Assembly: GCA_018054005.1 (NCBI GenBank)
Contig: JAGPKI010000001.1
Coordinates: 1 to 36,411 of the forward strand
DNA length: 36,411 bases
Source: Caldisericia bacterium
GTDB lineage: Bacteria; Caldisericota; Caldisericia; UBA6126; JAGPKI01
Direction of reading: 5' to 3'
Every line of letters begins with the position of its first letter. The stretch's first letter is position 1. The position numbers and the translations under genes are program-made. Positions 35,319 through 36,411 of the stretch are shown here, piece by piece. The notes beneath the pieces were generated by a model. It worked only from the letters and a program-made list of their open reading frames with translations, had not been told where the DNA came from and ran no database searches.

Positions 35319-36379
35319 ATAGAAAAGATATTTTAGAAAAATTAAAAGTACAAAATCTTGATGCTTTTTTAGTTACAAAGGGAGAGAATTTAAAGTTTTT
35401 AACCAACTTTTCAGGAATGGAAGGTTTTGCTGTAATTAATGCAAATGGAAGTTGCTATCTGATTACGGATAGTAGATATACTTTTCAGGCTGAAATGGAA
35501 GTTTTAGAAACAAAAGTAATAGAATATCAGTACAAAAATTTATTTGATAAAATTAGTGAAATCCTAAAAAATACAAAAAGAGTTGGTATTGAAGGTTCTA
35601 TGACTATCTCTTTTTATAATAAGCTTAAATCGAAACTTGAAAATATAGAATTTGTAGAGTATAGCAACTTCTTTGAAGAATTAAGGATGGTTAAGTCTCA
35701 GAATGAGCAGGATTTAATTGAAGCTTCCTCTAAAATTGCTTGTGAAGCTTATCTAAAAACTCTTGAGAGCGTAAAGGTAGGAATAAGCGAAACTGAGCTT
35801 TCAGCTATTCTTGAATATGAAATGAAAAAAAGAGGTGCCTCAAAAGCATCTTTTGACCTAATAGTTGCGTCAGGGTATAGAAGCGCAATGCCTCATGGTT
35901 TAGCTTCCGAAAAAATGATTAAAATGGGAGATATTATTACTTTCGATTTTGGTTGTTTTTATAAAGGCTATGCATCTGATTGCACAAGAACGGTTTCACT
36001 TGGTAGACCAAAAGATAACGAAACTCATGATATTTATAAAATTGTACTTGATGCTCAGCTATCTGCTCTTAGCAAAATAAAAGAAGGAGTTATATCAAAA
36101 GAAATAGATTTAGAAGCTCGTAATTTAATAACAAAAGCAGGTTATGGAGATAATTTTGGTCATAGCACTGGACATGGTGTTGGTCTTGAAATTCATGAAT
36201 TGCCTCATATTTCCATTGAATCTGAAACAGTTCTAAAAGAAGGTATGGTAATAACTGTTGAACCTGGAATATATTTAAATGATAAATTTGGTATAAGAAT
36301 AGAAGACCTTGTAATAGTTACAAAGAATGGTTGCAAGAACTTAACTAATTTAACAAAAGAAAATCTTATAGAACTATAA
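35315..36379 (+). CDS. M24B family Xaa-Pro aminopeptidase/dipeptidase
   Basis: 354 aa with the metal ligand pattern DFG...D...[13 protein letters not shown]...E...E. GTGA overlap with aspS. AGGAAGG SD. Confidence 0.88.
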   Translation: MNRKDILEKLKVQNLDAFLVTKGENLKFLTNFSGMEGFAVINANGSCYLITDSRYTFQAEMEVLETKVIEYQYKNLFDKISEILKNTKRVGIEGSMTISFYNKLKSKLENIEFVEYSNFFEELRMVKSQNEQDLIEASSKIACEAYLKTLESVKVGISETELSAILEYEMKKRGASKASFDLIVASGYRSAMPHGLASEKMIKMGDIITFDFGCFYKGYASDCTRTVSLGRPKDNETHDIYKIVLDAQLSALSKIKEGVISKEIDLEARNLITKAGYGDNFGHSTGHGVGLEIHELPHISIESETVLKEGMVITVEPGIYLNDKFGIRIEDLVIVTKNGCKNLTNLTKENLIEL

Positions 36380-36411
36380 AACTGAATTAAATTCTCATTA
36401 TGTCCTAGCCA

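Overview
AT-rich (roughly 70% A+T by eye) bacterial chromosomal segment made almost entirely of housekeeping genes in three strand blocks. The plus block (1-4823) holds an edge-truncated hypothetical ORF, an NMO/FabK-like flavoenzyme, and rpsP-khpA-ylqD-trmD plus a second SPOUT-like gene. The minus block (4834-31851, about 27 kb, largely translationally coupled) holds a four-subunit 2-oxoacid:ferredoxin oxidoreductase, sbcDC, minCDE, mreBCD-mrdA, apbE plus a Gx-type membrane protein, a pilB/pilC-like pair, yqeG, mltG, ruvX, an aldo-keto reductase/ferredoxin fusion, alaS, gpmI, pgk, gap and a GNAT. The final plus block (32278-36379) holds hisS-aspS and an M24 aminopeptidase. I saw no rRNA, tRNA, CRISPR array, transposase or recognisable defence gene. 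The unusual content is in the four long intergenic gaps. Each carries one copy of the same roughly 150-260 nt repeat (330-530 +, 2086-2243 +, 19315-19485 -, 31851-32100 +). Every copy contains three things: (i) a conserved ATG-initiated 16-24 codon hydrophobic mini-ORF (MK[IML]I[TS]LI...); (ii) a downstream box complementary to the start codon and first 5-6 codons, giving a 17-bp long-range stem with G:U wobbles and one compensatory swap; and (iii) a sharp 3' conservation boundary at GAAAT. I interpret this as a candidate undescribed small-peptide/RNA module (type I toxin-antitoxin-like or hok-like fold-back architecture), or alternatively a structured mobile ncRNA or portable promoter cassette. 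This is inference only. Secondary observations are an apparently leaderless hisS, a 4 x 10-bp helically phased tandem repeat, an AGGA-motif cluster upstream of rpsP, mutually exclusive hairpins after repeat copy A, and an rpsP-trmD cluster lacking rimM and rplS.
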